Positions 39,045 to 48,950 of a DNA stretch of 64,000 nucleotides are shown here, in pieces. Below the pieces are notes generated by a model. The model was not told the DNA's origin and did no database searches. It was given only the letters and a program-made list of their open reading frames with translations. Numbering within the stretch: position 1 is the stretch's first letter; each line of letters starts with the position of its first letter. The position numbers and the translations under genes were made by a program. The stretch is from Treponemataceae bacterium. GTDB lineage: Bacteria; Spirochaetota; Spirochaetia; Treponematales; Rectinemataceae. The stretch lies in assembly GCA_963678065.2 (NCBI GenBank), contig CAXXVZ010000003.1, forward strand, positions 1,664,001-1,728,000, written 5' to 3'.

Positions 39045-40060
39045 GCCTGTTCCTCCCGCGCCGCTGTGGCGCGTATCGTCGATGAGAGCGCGATGGACTG
39101 GCCCGGGGCGAGGGCGCGAAAGCCGCTCTCTTCGGGTGGAAGGGTCGAGTTGGGCGCGTCGATCATCCAGGTCTGGGGCTCTGCGCAAACGAAGTTTTTG
39201 TCGCCGCCCTGGTTCCAGAGCGTCCAGAAGGCGAAGAGCGGGTCGACGCGGTAGGCGATCGATCTTCCGGAGGGGACATGGACGAGGCGCGCCTCGCGGG
39301 GGAGCTCTTCGGCGCCGCGGAAGTGCCTGGACAGGGCCCCACCCTGGGGCGGGGTGCCCTCGCCATTGAGGGCGGAGATGAGTTCACTCTCGCGCAGGAC
39401 GCCGCCTGTGGGAATGATGCTCGCAGGGTCGAGGAGGATCTCGCGGGAAACTCCGAGGCGGAGGCGGTAGTCCCCTGCCGAGGTCTCCGGGAGGAAGGGG
39501 CAGTTGAAGGCGGAGTGGAAGCCGAGACCGAGCGGCATCTCCGAGTCGCTCCGGTTTTCGACTTCCAGCCGCTGAGCAAGGCCGTCCCGCGCGTCCAGCG
39601 AGTAGCCGAGGACGATGCGGAACGCGTGGGGGAAGGTCGAATAGGGTGCGTCTTTCGTCGCCTCATAGGCGAAAGAAAGGCGGCAGGAGTCGTCGTCGAC
39701 CTGGACGCCGAAAGGAGCGAAGGGCGCCGATGAGAGGAATCCGTGGATGTGGTGGCCGCGCTCCGCTTCGTTGACGGGCAGGCTGTAGGACCTTCCCTGG
39801 AAGGTGAATTTCCCGCCGCGGATGCGGTTGGGCGAAAAAAGGAGCGGAAGGCCGAAGACATTGGGGTTTTCGCGGAATACGGCGAAGGAGGGCGGCCTTC
39901 GGAGCAGCGATGCTCCTTCATGCTCGAGGAGGAAGCAGTTCGCGCCCATTTCCGGACAGATCGCCGCCCTGTAGTTTCCCGCCACGAGGATAATGGCCGG
40001 AATATCGCCCACAGCCGAGTGTTCGATGGTGGCGTGCCCTGTTTCCATCATATCGCTCAC
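39041..40060 (-). CDS. Aldose 1-epimerase (mutarotase) family protein
   Basis: PNRIRGGKF, HIHGF, GFHSAF, CAEPQT. Confidence 0.88.
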   Translation of the reverse strand: MSDMMETGHATIEHSAVGDIPAIILVAGNYRAAICPEMGANCFLLEHEGASLLRRPPSFAVFRENPNVFGLPLLFSPNRIRGGKFTFQGRSYSLPVNEAERGHHIHGFLSSAPFAPFGVQVDDDSCRLSFAYEATKDAPYSTFPHAFRIVLGYSLDARDGLAQRLEVENRSDSEMPLGLGFHSAFNCPFLPETSAGDYRLRLGVSREILLDPASIIPTGGVLRESELISALNGEGTPPQGGALSRHFRGAEELPREARLVHVPSGRSIAYRVDPLFAFWTLWNQGGDKNFVCAEPQTWMIDAPNSTLPPEESGFRALAPGQSIALSSTIRATAAREEQA

Positions 40061-41484
40061 AGCCTGTGGAAGTCGAAATCCATGATCCGGGCGAGCTGGG
40101 CTAAAGTCGCCGTGTGATCGCCCGCGGCTATCGCGTAGTGCTGGGTCACGCCGATATCCATGAGTTCCTGGAAGAATTGGCGCGGCTCCTTGCGCGGCCG
40201 GAAGAGACCGTGTGAATAACCCGCGAGGTGGTGGGGACAGGGAAGCGCGTCCACGAGGGCGCAGACGAGCCTGAAACGGCCCGCGCTCCAGGATATGTGG
40301 ACCATGGTCTTCTCGCCGGGCGAGACCGTGTGCCAGGCGAAGGGCGCGCCCGCATACTTGTAATCGCTGCGGGCGAAGCGCTCATCGCGGGAGATGATGG
40401 TTTTTCCGGCCGGGTCCGTGAAATCGTTGGGACCTGCGTGGCCTGCTGCGAAGATGCCTTTCTCGTTGTCGATATGGAAGGGCTCGGCGAAGAAAACGCT
40501 GTGCCCCGTGACTAGCTTCATGATGTAGACGGCGAGGGCCCCGCCTATGTCGCCCTCGGGCACGACGGTCACGTCTTCGGTGCCCGGGCAGGGCGTGAAG
40601 CCAGGCCGGAGGCCCAGAGTGCGCATGAGAACAGGCTCGATGTCGTTGAGGACGAGGACATCGGCGCCGGCCTTGCGGCAGAGGGATTCCAGGGCCATGG
40701 ATGCCGCGACCGAGGCGCCCATCTTGGCGCGGTCGACACTTGTGTCCGCGGGATACTTCGCGAGGATCAGCTCAGTCGTCCGCTCGACCTCGGCTGCCGG
40801 AATAGTCGTGATTTCGCTCTCCAGGGCGGCCGAGGAGAGGAAACGCATCTCGGGCCCGGCCACCATGAAGAGGTCGTAGATGTCCACATAGGTGGACCAC
40901 ATGACTTCGTTCATGGACGGCAGGAGGCCGAAGGTGGAGCGGCGCAGCTTGGCGCGCACCGAAGCTGCCGCGGCGAAGGCTTTGCAGCTCTCCATGACCT
41001 CGTCCAGCGTCCCGATGACCCGGCTCATCATGGGCCTGTCGAAGCGGGAGGCCGAGCCTGAGGCCTCGAGCATGCCGACGAGCGAACCTGCTGACAGGAA
41101 TTCCACGAAACGGTCCTCGACCATCGAGTCCCCGAAGCCAAGCCTGTCGCGCACGATGGAGGCGAAGAGCACTGGAATGGGCCGCATGTCCCGGAGGAAA
41201 CGGACCCAGGCGAAGTCGTCCGACCAGGAAAGAAAGCAGGCGAATACCATATCCACGTCCGCTTCGTCGAAGGCCCGCATGGATGCACGGAGGTCTTCGC
41301 GCGTGTAGACGATGCCGGAGAAGACGGGCTCAGCGAACGGGGAAACTGCCTCCACGATGCGGCGGGCCTCGGTGTCCTTGCGTCCGGAGAAGACGCCGCC
41401 GGCGGTGCCGGAGCCCAGATCGCGGAAACGGGGTGTCGTGATGAGAAGAAGGCCCGCGCGGGGCTTGCGGTTGCGGTCGATCAT
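40057..41484 (-). CDS. L-fucose/L-arabinose isomerase-like protein
   Basis: Metal-site-like PEGD, HAGP and C-terminal QHYAIAAGDH; sugar-operon context. Confidence 0.72.
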   Translation of the reverse strand: MIDRNRKPRAGLLLITTPRFRDLGSGTAGGVFSGRKDTEARRIVEAVSPFAEPVFSGIVYTREDLRASMRAFDEADVDMVFACFLSWSDDFAWVRFLRDMRPIPVLFASIVRDRLGFGDSMVEDRFVEFLSAGSLVGMLEASGSASRFDRPMMSRVIGTLDEVMESCKAFAAAASVRAKLRRSTFGLLPSMNEVMWSTYVDIYDLFMVAGPEMRFLSSAALESEITTIPAAEVERTTELILAKYPADTSVDRAKMGASVAASMALESLCRKAGADVLVLNDIEPVLMRTLGLRPGFTPCPGTEDVTVVPEGDIGGALAVYIMKLVTGHSVFFAEPFHIDNEKGIFAAGHAGPNDFTDPAGKTIISRDERFARSDYKYAGAPFAWHTVSPGEKTMVHISWSAGRFRLVCALVDALPCPHHLAGYSHGLFRPRKEPRQFFQELMDIGVTQHYAIAAGDHTATLAQLARIMDFDFHRL

Positions 41485-41497
41485 GTCGCTGCCTCTT

Positions 41498-42355
41498 TTA
41501 GTTCTTGGGTCGGGAGCGCTTTCGCTGACTCGTGAGCCGAGTCTTGTCCAGGTACGGCTTTACCTGATCGTAAAGCCGGCTGGAGACTGCCGTATAGAGA
41601 ATGTCCACCATGGTGAGCTGGCCGATGCGGGAACCCATGGCTCCGCTCCGTATCATGGACTCCGCCGAGGTGGTGAAGAGCCTGATGTCAGCCAACTCGC
41701 TGAGCCGGTTTTTTCCGTACCGCGTGACAGTGATGACGGTGGCTCCCGTGGATTTGACGATCTCGCAAGTCTCTATGGTGTCGCGCGTCTCGCCGGAGTA
41801 GGAAAAAAGCACGGCCACATCTTTGGGCCTGAGGCTCGTCGCCGAAAGGATCTGCTCGTGGGGATCGGAATGGGAAATGACGAACTTGTTGATCCTGATG
41901 AATTTATTGGAGGCGTCCATGGCCACGAGGCCCGAGGAGCCCACGCCGTAGAAGTCGATCCGGGTCGCGCCGCAGAGCGCATCGACGGCTTTGCCCAGCT
42001 CGTCAAGGTCGACGAGCGAGAGGGTCCCTTCGATGGCCTTCATGTCGCTCTTGCTGACACTCGAGACTATGGCTTCCAGACTGTCGCCGGGGCGGATCTC
42101 CTCATACACTATGGTGTTCTGCTGGTTCGCGAGGTCCGAGTCCAGAACGCGGCAGAACTCCTTGAAGCCGGAGTATCCCACACTCTTGCACAGACGCACG
42201 ACCGAGGCGGTGCTCGTCGAACAGGCGTCCGCCAGCGCATCGATGGACATGCCGATCACTTCTTCGGGAAAGTCGAGGATGAATTCGGCCACCTTCTGTT
42301 CCTTGGGCGCAAGAGACTGCATCGCTTCCTTGATTCGCAGACAGCAACCGGTCAT
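41498..42355 (-). CDS. RpiR/MurR family regulator (HTH + SIS)
   Basis: STASVVRLCKSVGYSGFKEF, YGVGSSG, SYSGET. Confidence 0.92.
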   Translation of the reverse strand: MTGCCLRIKEAMQSLAPKEQKVAEFILDFPEEVIGMSIDALADACSTSTASVVRLCKSVGYSGFKEFCRVLDSDLANQQNTIVYEEIRPGDSLEAIVSSVSKSDMKAIEGTLSLVDLDELGKAVDALCGATRIDFYGVGSSGLVAMDASNKFIRINKFVISHSDPHEQILSATSLRPKDVAVLFSYSGETRDTIETCEIVKSTGATVITVTRYGKNRLSELADIRLFTTSAESMIRSGAMGSRIGQLTMVDILYTAVSSRLYDQVKPYLDKTRLTSQRKRSRPKN

Positions 42356-43263
42356 AAAATCGCCTCCCCATCCAGGAAAAGTCGCGCGGCGCCAAGACAG
42401 GGCGCCTCGTCGATACAAAGAGCGGTCATCACCGCACAGACCGTCCCGAGGCTGTCCAGACGCTTCTGGGCGGGGATAGCCAGGAGCGGGCCCGATTTGG
42501 CGATCTGCCCTCCCAGGATCAAGCAATCGAATCCACGTTCATGTATAACCGGCGCAATGATATCCGCCAAGGTCGTCCCGGCCTCCGCGAAGACCTGTGC
42601 GCAGAGCGTATCCCCGTCCCTCGCCGCCTGGGCGATCTCCTTCACGCTTGGATCGCCAAGGCCGCCAGAGCGCTTGTAAGAGCGCATGATACCGCGCTTG
42701 GAGACGAAATCCTCGACGATTCCGTCGCGGCAGGGAGTCCGGAAAATACTGATGCCGGGCCCTCCCTGTGGATTGCGCAGAAGCCTTCCCTCCGACATGG
42801 CGGCGAAGCCGAGACCGGTACCGATGATGGCGGCGCAGGGATTGCGATAGCGGCTCCAGGCCCCCGAGGCGAGTTCGCCGAGAAGGAAGGCGAAGGCGTC
42901 ATGGATAAAGCGGATGGGCAGCTTTCCTGTCGCCTTTTCGATGAAGGGGCGGATGCCTATCCCTTTGATCGCGGCGTATTTGTGGTTCATCAGGCTCCGG
43001 CCATTCTCGTAGTCGAAGGGACCGGGCGTACTCACGCCCACGCCGACGATTGCGAGGTCGCGCCGCGCCGCGCAGGCCACCCCGATGCGGGCTGCCTCTG
43101 CATAGGCCGCCTCGATCTCCGCCGCCTGGCTCCCCGACGGCATGGGAATCTCCTGAAAATCGAGAACGCCTCCGACGACGGCAGGAGTCGGGACGAGGCC
43201 CAGCTTGATCGAGGTTCCCCCGGCGTCGAGGGCCAGGATGCATTCAGGGCTCGACGCTTTCAT
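42352..43263 (-). CDS. ROK family sugar kinase
   Basis: DAGGT, PGPFDY, HDA, IGTGLG, LGGQIAKS; lacks the CxCGxxGC Zn motif. Confidence 0.85.
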   Translation of the reverse strand: MKASSPECILALDAGGTSIKLGLVPTPAVVGGVLDFQEIPMPSGSQAAEIEAAYAEAARIGVACAARRDLAIVGVGVSTPGPFDYENGRSLMNHKYAAIKGIGIRPFIEKATGKLPIRFIHDAFAFLLGELASGAWSRYRNPCAAIIGTGLGFAAMSEGRLLRNPQGGPGISIFRTPCRDGIVEDFVSKRGIMRSYKRSGGLGDPSVKEIAQAARDGDTLCAQVFAEAGTTLADIIAPVIHERGFDCLILGGQIAKSGPLLAIPAQKRLDSLGTVCAVMTALCIDEAPCLGAARLFLDGEAIL

Positions 43264-45097
43264 ATCCGTCTTTGAGCATGGTCTTGTGGACGACGACCAC
43301 ACCCTCACCCAGATTCAGAAGCTCGTACTTCCCGAAGGAGGCGGGCACGACAACCATGTCCATGTAGTGTTGCACGAAGTACCTCTGCGGATCCCCGAGG
43401 GAGCGGATCATTACCTTCTCCCCCTCCACGAGGACGAGAACGTGGAAGCGGTCCGAAGTTTCGTCGGTCATCCTGCGCGCGAAACGGAGGTTGCGCAGCG
43501 AGAAATAGAGAAGCTCGTGCTCTCCCACGACAAGCTCCTCGCCCGTCTCGTCCCTCCGGACGAGACGCGGTTCCTGTATGAGGTTCTTCCGGACCCAGTC
43601 GGCCTTGCGCTCCCTCTGCAGGACCGCGTCGCCGTGGGCTGTGTGGATAGGCCTGAGCCGTCCATCCAGATCCTTGCGGAGATAGTCGTACATCTTGTAG
43701 GTGTAGGAACCGATCGTGAGGCTGCCGATCTCCAGGATCACCTGATTGCGCCCCGAGGCGTGTATAGTGCCCGCTGGAATGAGGAACTGCATGCCGGGCT
43801 TCGAGGGTTCGGCGTAAACATACTTGTCGTGGTCGATAGCCCCGCCTGTATGCTCGGAAAGCTTGCACTGGTCGATGAACTCCTGGACGTCGCAGTTCTC
43901 CTGGAAGCCGCAGTAGGTCTTGGCGTCCTGGCCGGCCACGACGATGTAGTAGCTCTCGTCCTGCCGCCCGAGTTCGTCGTTGTGTTTTCGCACATACGCT
44001 CTGTCGGGATGGCACTGTATGGACATGTTGCCGCTCGCGTGGAAGGTGTCGTCGTAGTTGAAGCGGATGGGGAAATAGCCGCCGAATTTCCTGAGGCAGG
44101 CCTCGCCCATGAGTTCCCGGCCCATGGCCTGTACGAAGCTGTAGTAGGGCAGTTCGAGCTCGAGGCCGTCCATCTCCGCCACGATGGAGACTTCCATGGG
44201 TATGAGGTCGAAACACCATGCACAGTTCCGCATGGATTCAGGCAGCTTGCGCAGGTGCTTGAGGTAAAAGCCGCCCCACACACCCTCGATGTACACAGGC
44301 CTGCAGCGGAAAGGATATCCGGCGAGAGTGCCGCAAATCCCCAGGAAGGCGTCCAGGGGGAGCACGCGCATTTCGTCCACATCGTCCGATGCGATGTAGT
44401 AGTCGAGAAGTCGGCCGCGGATGAGTTCGCCGCGCAGTTCTGCCGCCACTTCGAAGTCCACATAGTAGGCGTGGCGGAGCGTGGCGGCGTAAGACTCCGG
44501 GTTCGTAAAGCCGAGATTGCCGGCCCGGCCGTGCTTGATGTTCAGCACAGTGCGCTTCTGGGTGATGTCGAGGTAGCAGCGAAGATCGGCGAAGGAACGC
44601 AGCCGCCCGATGAGACAGCCATTGCCGTAGACAATCAGGACAGCTTCGCCCCCCGCCTTGAAACGGGAGAGCTCTTCCGCGCATTCGCGGATACGGTCTT
44701 TGTTCATGAGGCCCTCGTAGCCGCCGCGGTAGAGGCGGCCATAAAGGAGGGGCGGATCTTCGTCGCGGTCCTCCGGGAGGTTGTGCAGGAGCTGTTCCGC
44801 CAGAAGACTTTCTTCTTTATATAGCGTCGCCGTGTCCATCATCCGGACTGCGATTCCCTGCTGCAGGAGGATTCTCGCCACCTGTCGGGCCAGTACGTCA
44901 AAAGGAGCGCTGATATACCCGTCCAGGGCGAGAACGCAGTTTCCTTTCTTCTGGACGACGGCCTGGGCAGCCCTCGCCAGACTGGCGGCGGAGGCCGAAA
45001 GGCCTTTCACGACCGCCGCCCGGAGCGGAGCGGCTACAACGATGCGGTTGATCGCGTCAGGATCATCGTAGGGGAAAGGATTATACATGAAGCTCAT
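43244..45097 (-). CDS. Class I mannose-6-phosphate isomerase-like cupin with large N-terminal domain
   Basis: GVWGG, MSIQCHP, QDESYY, IPAGTIHASG. Confidence 0.8.
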   Translation of the reverse strand: MSFMYNPFPYDDPDAINRIVVAAPLRAAVVKGLSASAASLARAAQAVVQKKGNCVLALDGYISAPFDVLARQVARILLQQGIAVRMMDTATLYKEESLLAEQLLHNLPEDRDEDPPLLYGRLYRGGYEGLMNKDRIRECAEELSRFKAGGEAVLIVYGNGCLIGRLRSFADLRCYLDITQKRTVLNIKHGRAGNLGFTNPESYAATLRHAYYVDFEVAAELRGELIRGRLLDYYIASDDVDEMRVLPLDAFLGICGTLAGYPFRCRPVYIEGVWGGFYLKHLRKLPESMRNCAWCFDLIPMEVSIVAEMDGLELELPYYSFVQAMGRELMGEACLRKFGGYFPIRFNYDDTFHASGNMSIQCHPDRAYVRKHNDELGRQDESYYIVVAGQDAKTYCGFQENCDVQEFIDQCKLSEHTGGAIDHDKYVYAEPSKPGMQFLIPAGTIHASGRNQVILEIGSLTIGSYTYKMYDYLRKDLDGRLRPIHTAHGDAVLQRERKADWVRKNLIQEPRLVRRDETGEELVVGEHELLYFSLRNLRFARRMTDETSDRFHVLVLVEGEKVMIRSLGDPQRYFVQHYMDMVVVPASFGKYELLNLGEGVVVVHKTMLKDGYESVEP

Positions 45098-45153
45098 CGT
45101 GCTCTACCTCGGTTTCTCGTCGTTTGTCATCCGCAGTACCCGAACTTGCAGAC

Positions 45154-45181
45154 AGTATAGCCCATCGGAAAAAATTGTCAA
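45154..45181 (-). promoter_or_regulatory. Promoter of the leftward catabolic operon
   Basis: TTGACA-16 nt-TATACT on the minus strand, at the edge of an AT-rich intergenic region. Confidence 0.65.
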
Positions 45182-45361
45182 CCAAATATTCAGTATTTAT
45201 ATTGATAAGATGAAACATTTTTTAGAAAAAATTAAGCCAAGTATTGGAAATAATGTTGTATCTATTTATTTTACAAATAGATACACTTTACATTCAAGAA
45301 TGATCATCAAATATTTCATAGTAATATTTTCATAATTATATAACAATATTGAAATTATACG

Positions 45362-45389
45362 TTGACATATTTCTGTCTGGCGGTATAAT
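45362..45389 (+). promoter_or_regulatory. Promoter of the rightward ABC operon
   Basis: Consensus TTGACA-16 nt-TATAAT. Confidence 0.72.
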
Positions 45390-45415
45390 CGAGCTATGTC
45401 CAGAGGTACACGCAC

Positions 45416-46333
45416 ATGACGCGCCAGCTCGGTCGGGACTTGTCCAGGGACAAGCTTCTCTATCTCATGCTCATTCCCGGACTCGTCTATATTTTCATGT
45501 TTAAATACGCGCCTATGTACGGCGTCACCATCGCCTTCCGCAACTACACTATATTCAAGGGATTCTCCGACGCCCCCTTCATCGGCCTGGACAACTTCGC
45601 CAAGCTCTTCTCGCGCTCCGCCTTCACGCGAGCCCTACGAAACAACATCCTCATAAGCCTGCTGAAGCTCGTCTGCGGCTTCCCCTTCCCTATTATCCTC
45701 TCGCTCATGATCAACGAGCTTCGCGGCCGCAGGCCCAGGAAGCTCGCGCAGACCCTCGTCATTCTGCCTAACTTCGTCTCCTGGATCGTGATCAACGGCA
45801 TCTTCTTCGCCATGTTCAATACGACAGGCGGCGCCATTCCCGGAGTCCTGAGGGAGCTGGGCTACACGGGGACGATCAACAACATCATGAACCAGAAGGA
45901 ATCTTTCCTCTGGGTCATCATCGTTTCGCATGTGTGGAAGGGTGCAGGCATGGGCACGATCGTCTACCTGGCCGCCATCGTCGGGATCGACCAACAGCTC
46001 TATGAGGCAGCCGCCATAGACGGGGCGGGGCGCCTGCGCCAGATGTGGCACATAACGCTCTCGAGCCTCAGGCCGACGATCGTCATCCTCCTCATCTTCC
46101 GCGTCGGCGAGATGATGTACGCCGGATTCGACCAGATCTTCGCCATTTCCAATTACCTCGTCATTTCCTCGGCCGACATCATCGACACCTACGCATATAC
46201 GCTGGGCATGGAACAGCAGAAATTCGCCGAGGCTGCTGCTGCTGGGCTCTTCCAGTCTGTCATCGGCCTGGTCCTGGTCCTGATCACGAACACTGTCGCC
46301 AAGAAGATCGACCCCGACTCAGGGATCATGTGA
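45416..46333 (+). CDS. Carbohydrate ABC transporter permease (LplB/YteP type)
   Basis: Hydrophobic; EAA loop LYEAAAIDGAG. Confidence 0.92.
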   Translation: MTRQLGRDLSRDKLLYLMLIPGLVYIFMFKYAPMYGVTIAFRNYTIFKGFSDAPFIGLDNFAKLFSRSAFTRALRNNILISLLKLVCGFPFPIILSLMINELRGRRPRKLAQTLVILPNFVSWIVINGIFFAMFNTTGGAIPGVLRELGYTGTINNIMNQKESFLWVIIVSHVWKGAGMGTIVYLAAIVGIDQQLYEAAAIDGAGRLRQMWHITLSSLRPTIVILLIFRVGEMMYAGFDQIFAISNYLVISSADIIDTYAYTLGMEQQKFAEAAAAGLFQSVIGLVLVLITNTVAKKIDPDSGIM

Positions 46334-47250
46334 TGAAGAGCCCCACGATGAAGCGAGCAAGGCCGCGCAAGGTTCGGCAGTCGCAGTCCGAAAATATCGG
46401 TCACTTTTTCATCTGCCTCTTCCTCGCCCTCTTCTGCTTCACCACGACCTATCCCTTCTGGCATGTGCTCATGTACTCCATAAGCGACTCGAACGCGGCC
46501 ATGACTGGCGGCCTCTTCTTCCTTCCGCGCAAACCGACCTTCCTCGCCTACGAGATGATCTTCAAGACATCCCAAATCTTCGTGGCCTACGGGAATACGA
46601 TAATGCGCACGCTCGCAGGCACGAGCCTGAGCATCATGCTGAGCATCCTCACCGCCTTCCCCCTCTCGCGCCGCAGGCTCCGCGGCCGGGGCGGCCTCTC
46701 CATGCTTTTCTTCTTCACGATGCTTTTCACCGGTGGCATGATACCGACCTACCTCATCGTCCAGTCCTACGGCCTCATCGACACGTTCTGGGCCCTCGTC
46801 CTGCCTTCGGCCATGAGCGCCTACAACATGTTCATCCTGCGCAACTACTTCAAGTCGATCCCGGATTCCTTGGAGGAGAGCGCCCACATGGACGGCGCGA
46901 ATTCCTTCACCGTCCTGTTCAGGATTTTCGTCCCTGTCTCGAAACCGGCCATCGCCGCCGTGGCCATGTTCTACGGCGTCGCCAGCTGGAACGAGTACAT
47001 GGATGGCATCCTGTACACGAACAAGCCCCAGCTCGAGATCCTCCAGGTCTACCTGCGCAAGCTCATCGCCTCGACGGGCACACTGAACTCGCTTTCGGTC
47101 GTCGGCAACCTGAGCGCGGCGGCCTCTTTGAGCGAGGAGAGCATGAAGATGGCGACGATCGCGGTGTCGATCATCCCCATTTTTGTCGTGTACCCCTTCC
47201 TCCAGCGCTACTACACGAGGGGAATAACCCTGGGCGCAGTCAAAGAATGA
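46333..47250 (+). CDS. Carbohydrate ABC transporter permease (LplC/YtcP type)
   Basis: FTGGMIPTY, LEESAHMDGA, YPFLQRYY. Confidence 0.92.
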   Translation: MKSPTMKRARPRKVRQSQSENIGHFFICLFLALFCFTTTYPFWHVLMYSISDSNAAMTGGLFFLPRKPTFLAYEMIFKTSQIFVAYGNTIMRTLAGTSLSIMLSILTAFPLSRRRLRGRGGLSMLFFFTMLFTGGMIPTYLIVQSYGLIDTFWALVLPSAMSAYNMFILRNYFKSIPDSLEESAHMDGANSFTVLFRIFVPVSKPAIAAVAMFYGVASWNEYMDGILYTNKPQLEILQVYLRKLIASTGTLNSLSVVGNLSAAASLSEESMKMATIAVSIIPIFVVYPFLQRYYTRGITLGAVKE

Positions 47251-47295
47251 GAGAAAGTCAAGAATGCTGAATACATATTTCCAAGGAGGCCTTCC

Positions 47296-48783
47296 ATGAG
47301 AAAGAGAATCTTGTCCGGAATCCTGGTTTCTGTCGCCCTCTTCTGCCTTGTCGCCGGGGCCGGAGCGGCGCCTGGCCGCGTCCCCCTCACCGTGATGATG
47401 TTCGGCGACAACACGCCGACGCCCACGAACTCGGTGAAGCGTGCGCTCGAGGAAAAGCTTGGCGTCGATCTCACCTACATCTACGTGCCTGAGAAGGACT
47501 ACGCCGCCAAGCTCAACACGCTCATCGCGAGCCGAACCCTGCCCGATATCTTCTGGGTCGACGGCAACGTGATCGACGCCGTGGAGTTCCGCGACCAGGG
47601 CATGATCATGAAGATGGACAAGCTGCTCAAGAGCAACGGTCCGGACATCATGGACGAGGTCGGCTCCATCCTCAAGAACGCCCCGCTCAACAAGGGCGAC
47701 GGCATCTACGCGGTCATCCCGGCCTCGCTCGACTACACGTCGAACCTGTCGGTGCGGACGGACTGGCTCGCCAAGCTCAAGCTCAAGATGCCGACCACCC
47801 TCGACGAGCTGTACAAGGTGCTCTACGCCTTCGCCAACGGCGACCCCGACGGCAATGGCAAGAAAGACACGGTCGGCTACGTAGGTACCATGGCCAACAT
47901 GCGCACCTTCGAGCACATTTTCGGCGCCTACGGCATAGCGGTCGACAAGCCTTACCTTCTCAAGAACGGCACGGTGACGACCTACATGAAGGCGCCGCTC
48001 TATCTCGATGCCATCAAGTACTTGCGCAAGCTCTATCAGGACGGCATCCTCGATCCGGATTTCGTCACCATCCCCCTCATGAGCGCCTTCGAGAAGCTCT
48101 GGACCGGACGCACCGGCATCTTCGACTTCCAGAACGTCGGCACGACGAACAACTGGATGCCCGGCCGCTACACCGAAAAGAACCCCATCCCGACTTTCGG
48201 CTTCACGATCATCGCCGGCCCCGGTGGCAAGGGCGGAGCCATAAAGCAGTATCCGCGCTACACCTACTACAACTGCATCGCCTCCACCTGCAAGAACCCC
48301 GAGAAGGCGATGGAGTACCTCAACTATCTGTACGGCGCCGAAGGCGACGAGCTCACCTATCTCGGCATCGAAGGTCTCCACTACGAGTGGGCTGACAAGG
48401 ACAATGGCAAGTACAAGCTTCTCGGCAAGTTCACCGACCAGGCGACCTACCGCGCCGACGGCGCCTACGTCTACGCCAGGATGTTCCCCCTCCTCAACAC
48501 CGAAGTCCGCACCCTGAACAAACAGACGAGGGAAGGACAGGCCTTCGCCCGCGACAACAGCATCGAGTACCCGAAGATCATCAAGAATCTCAAGACGACG
48601 AGCGAGTACGGCCCGCAGCTGGCGAACATCACCAAGGAAGCCTTCGCCCAGCTCATCGTCAGCAAGGGCAACATCGAGACAGAATACGCCGCCTTCGTGA
48701 AGCGCTGGAACGAGGAGGGCGGACTCGAGTACGAGAAGGAAGCGACCACGGCCTGGGCAGCTCAGGTAAAGGCTTCGAAATGA
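47296..48783 (+). CDS. Oligosaccharide ABC substrate-binding protein
   Basis: Signal peptide; RTDWLAKL...PTTLDELY...DPDGNGKKDT motif. Confidence 0.9.
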   Translation: MRKRILSGILVSVALFCLVAGAGAAPGRVPLTVMMFGDNTPTPTNSVKRALEEKLGVDLTYIYVPEKDYAAKLNTLIASRTLPDIFWVDGNVIDAVEFRDQGMIMKMDKLLKSNGPDIMDEVGSILKNAPLNKGDGIYAVIPASLDYTSNLSVRTDWLAKLKLKMPTTLDELYKVLYAFANGDPDGNGKKDTVGYVGTMANMRTFEHIFGAYGIAVDKPYLLKNGTVTTYMKAPLYLDAIKYLRKLYQDGILDPDFVTIPLMSAFEKLWTGRTGIFDFQNVGTTNNWMPGRYTEKNPIPTFGFTIIAGPGGKGGAIKQYPRYTYYNCIASTCKNPEKAMEYLNYLYGAEGDELTYLGIEGLHYEWADKDNGKYKLLGKFTDQATYRADGAYVYARMFPLLNTEVRTLNKQTREGQAFARDNSIEYPKIIKNLKTTSEYGPQLANITKEAFAQLIVSKGNIETEYAAFVKRWNEEGGLEYEKEATTAWAAQVKASK

Positions 48784-48789
48784 TTATCC

Positions 48790-48822
48790 GTATCGGGTAA
48801 CGTACGTTATCCGGTACTTTTA
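48790..48822 (+). terminator. Hairpin plus U tract after the substrate-binding protein gene
   Basis: GTATCGGGTAAC-GTAC-GTTATCCGGTAC (with G-U pairs) followed by TTTTT. Confidence 0.6.
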
Positions 48823-48950
48823 ATTACGCCATGGAGAGGGCCTTCACGCCGACCGCAAGACCGCGGGACGGCCCTCTTCTTCTTTTCATTTCCTTGGTGT
48901 TTGATTCCATCGCTCCCCAGCGATCCCTAGCTCTGAAAAGGACCCTGACC

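Noticed and set aside
45416..48783. ABC importer lacking an ATPase gene
   Set aside because: Carbohydrate ABC systems commonly share an MsmK/MalK-type ATPase encoded elsewhere
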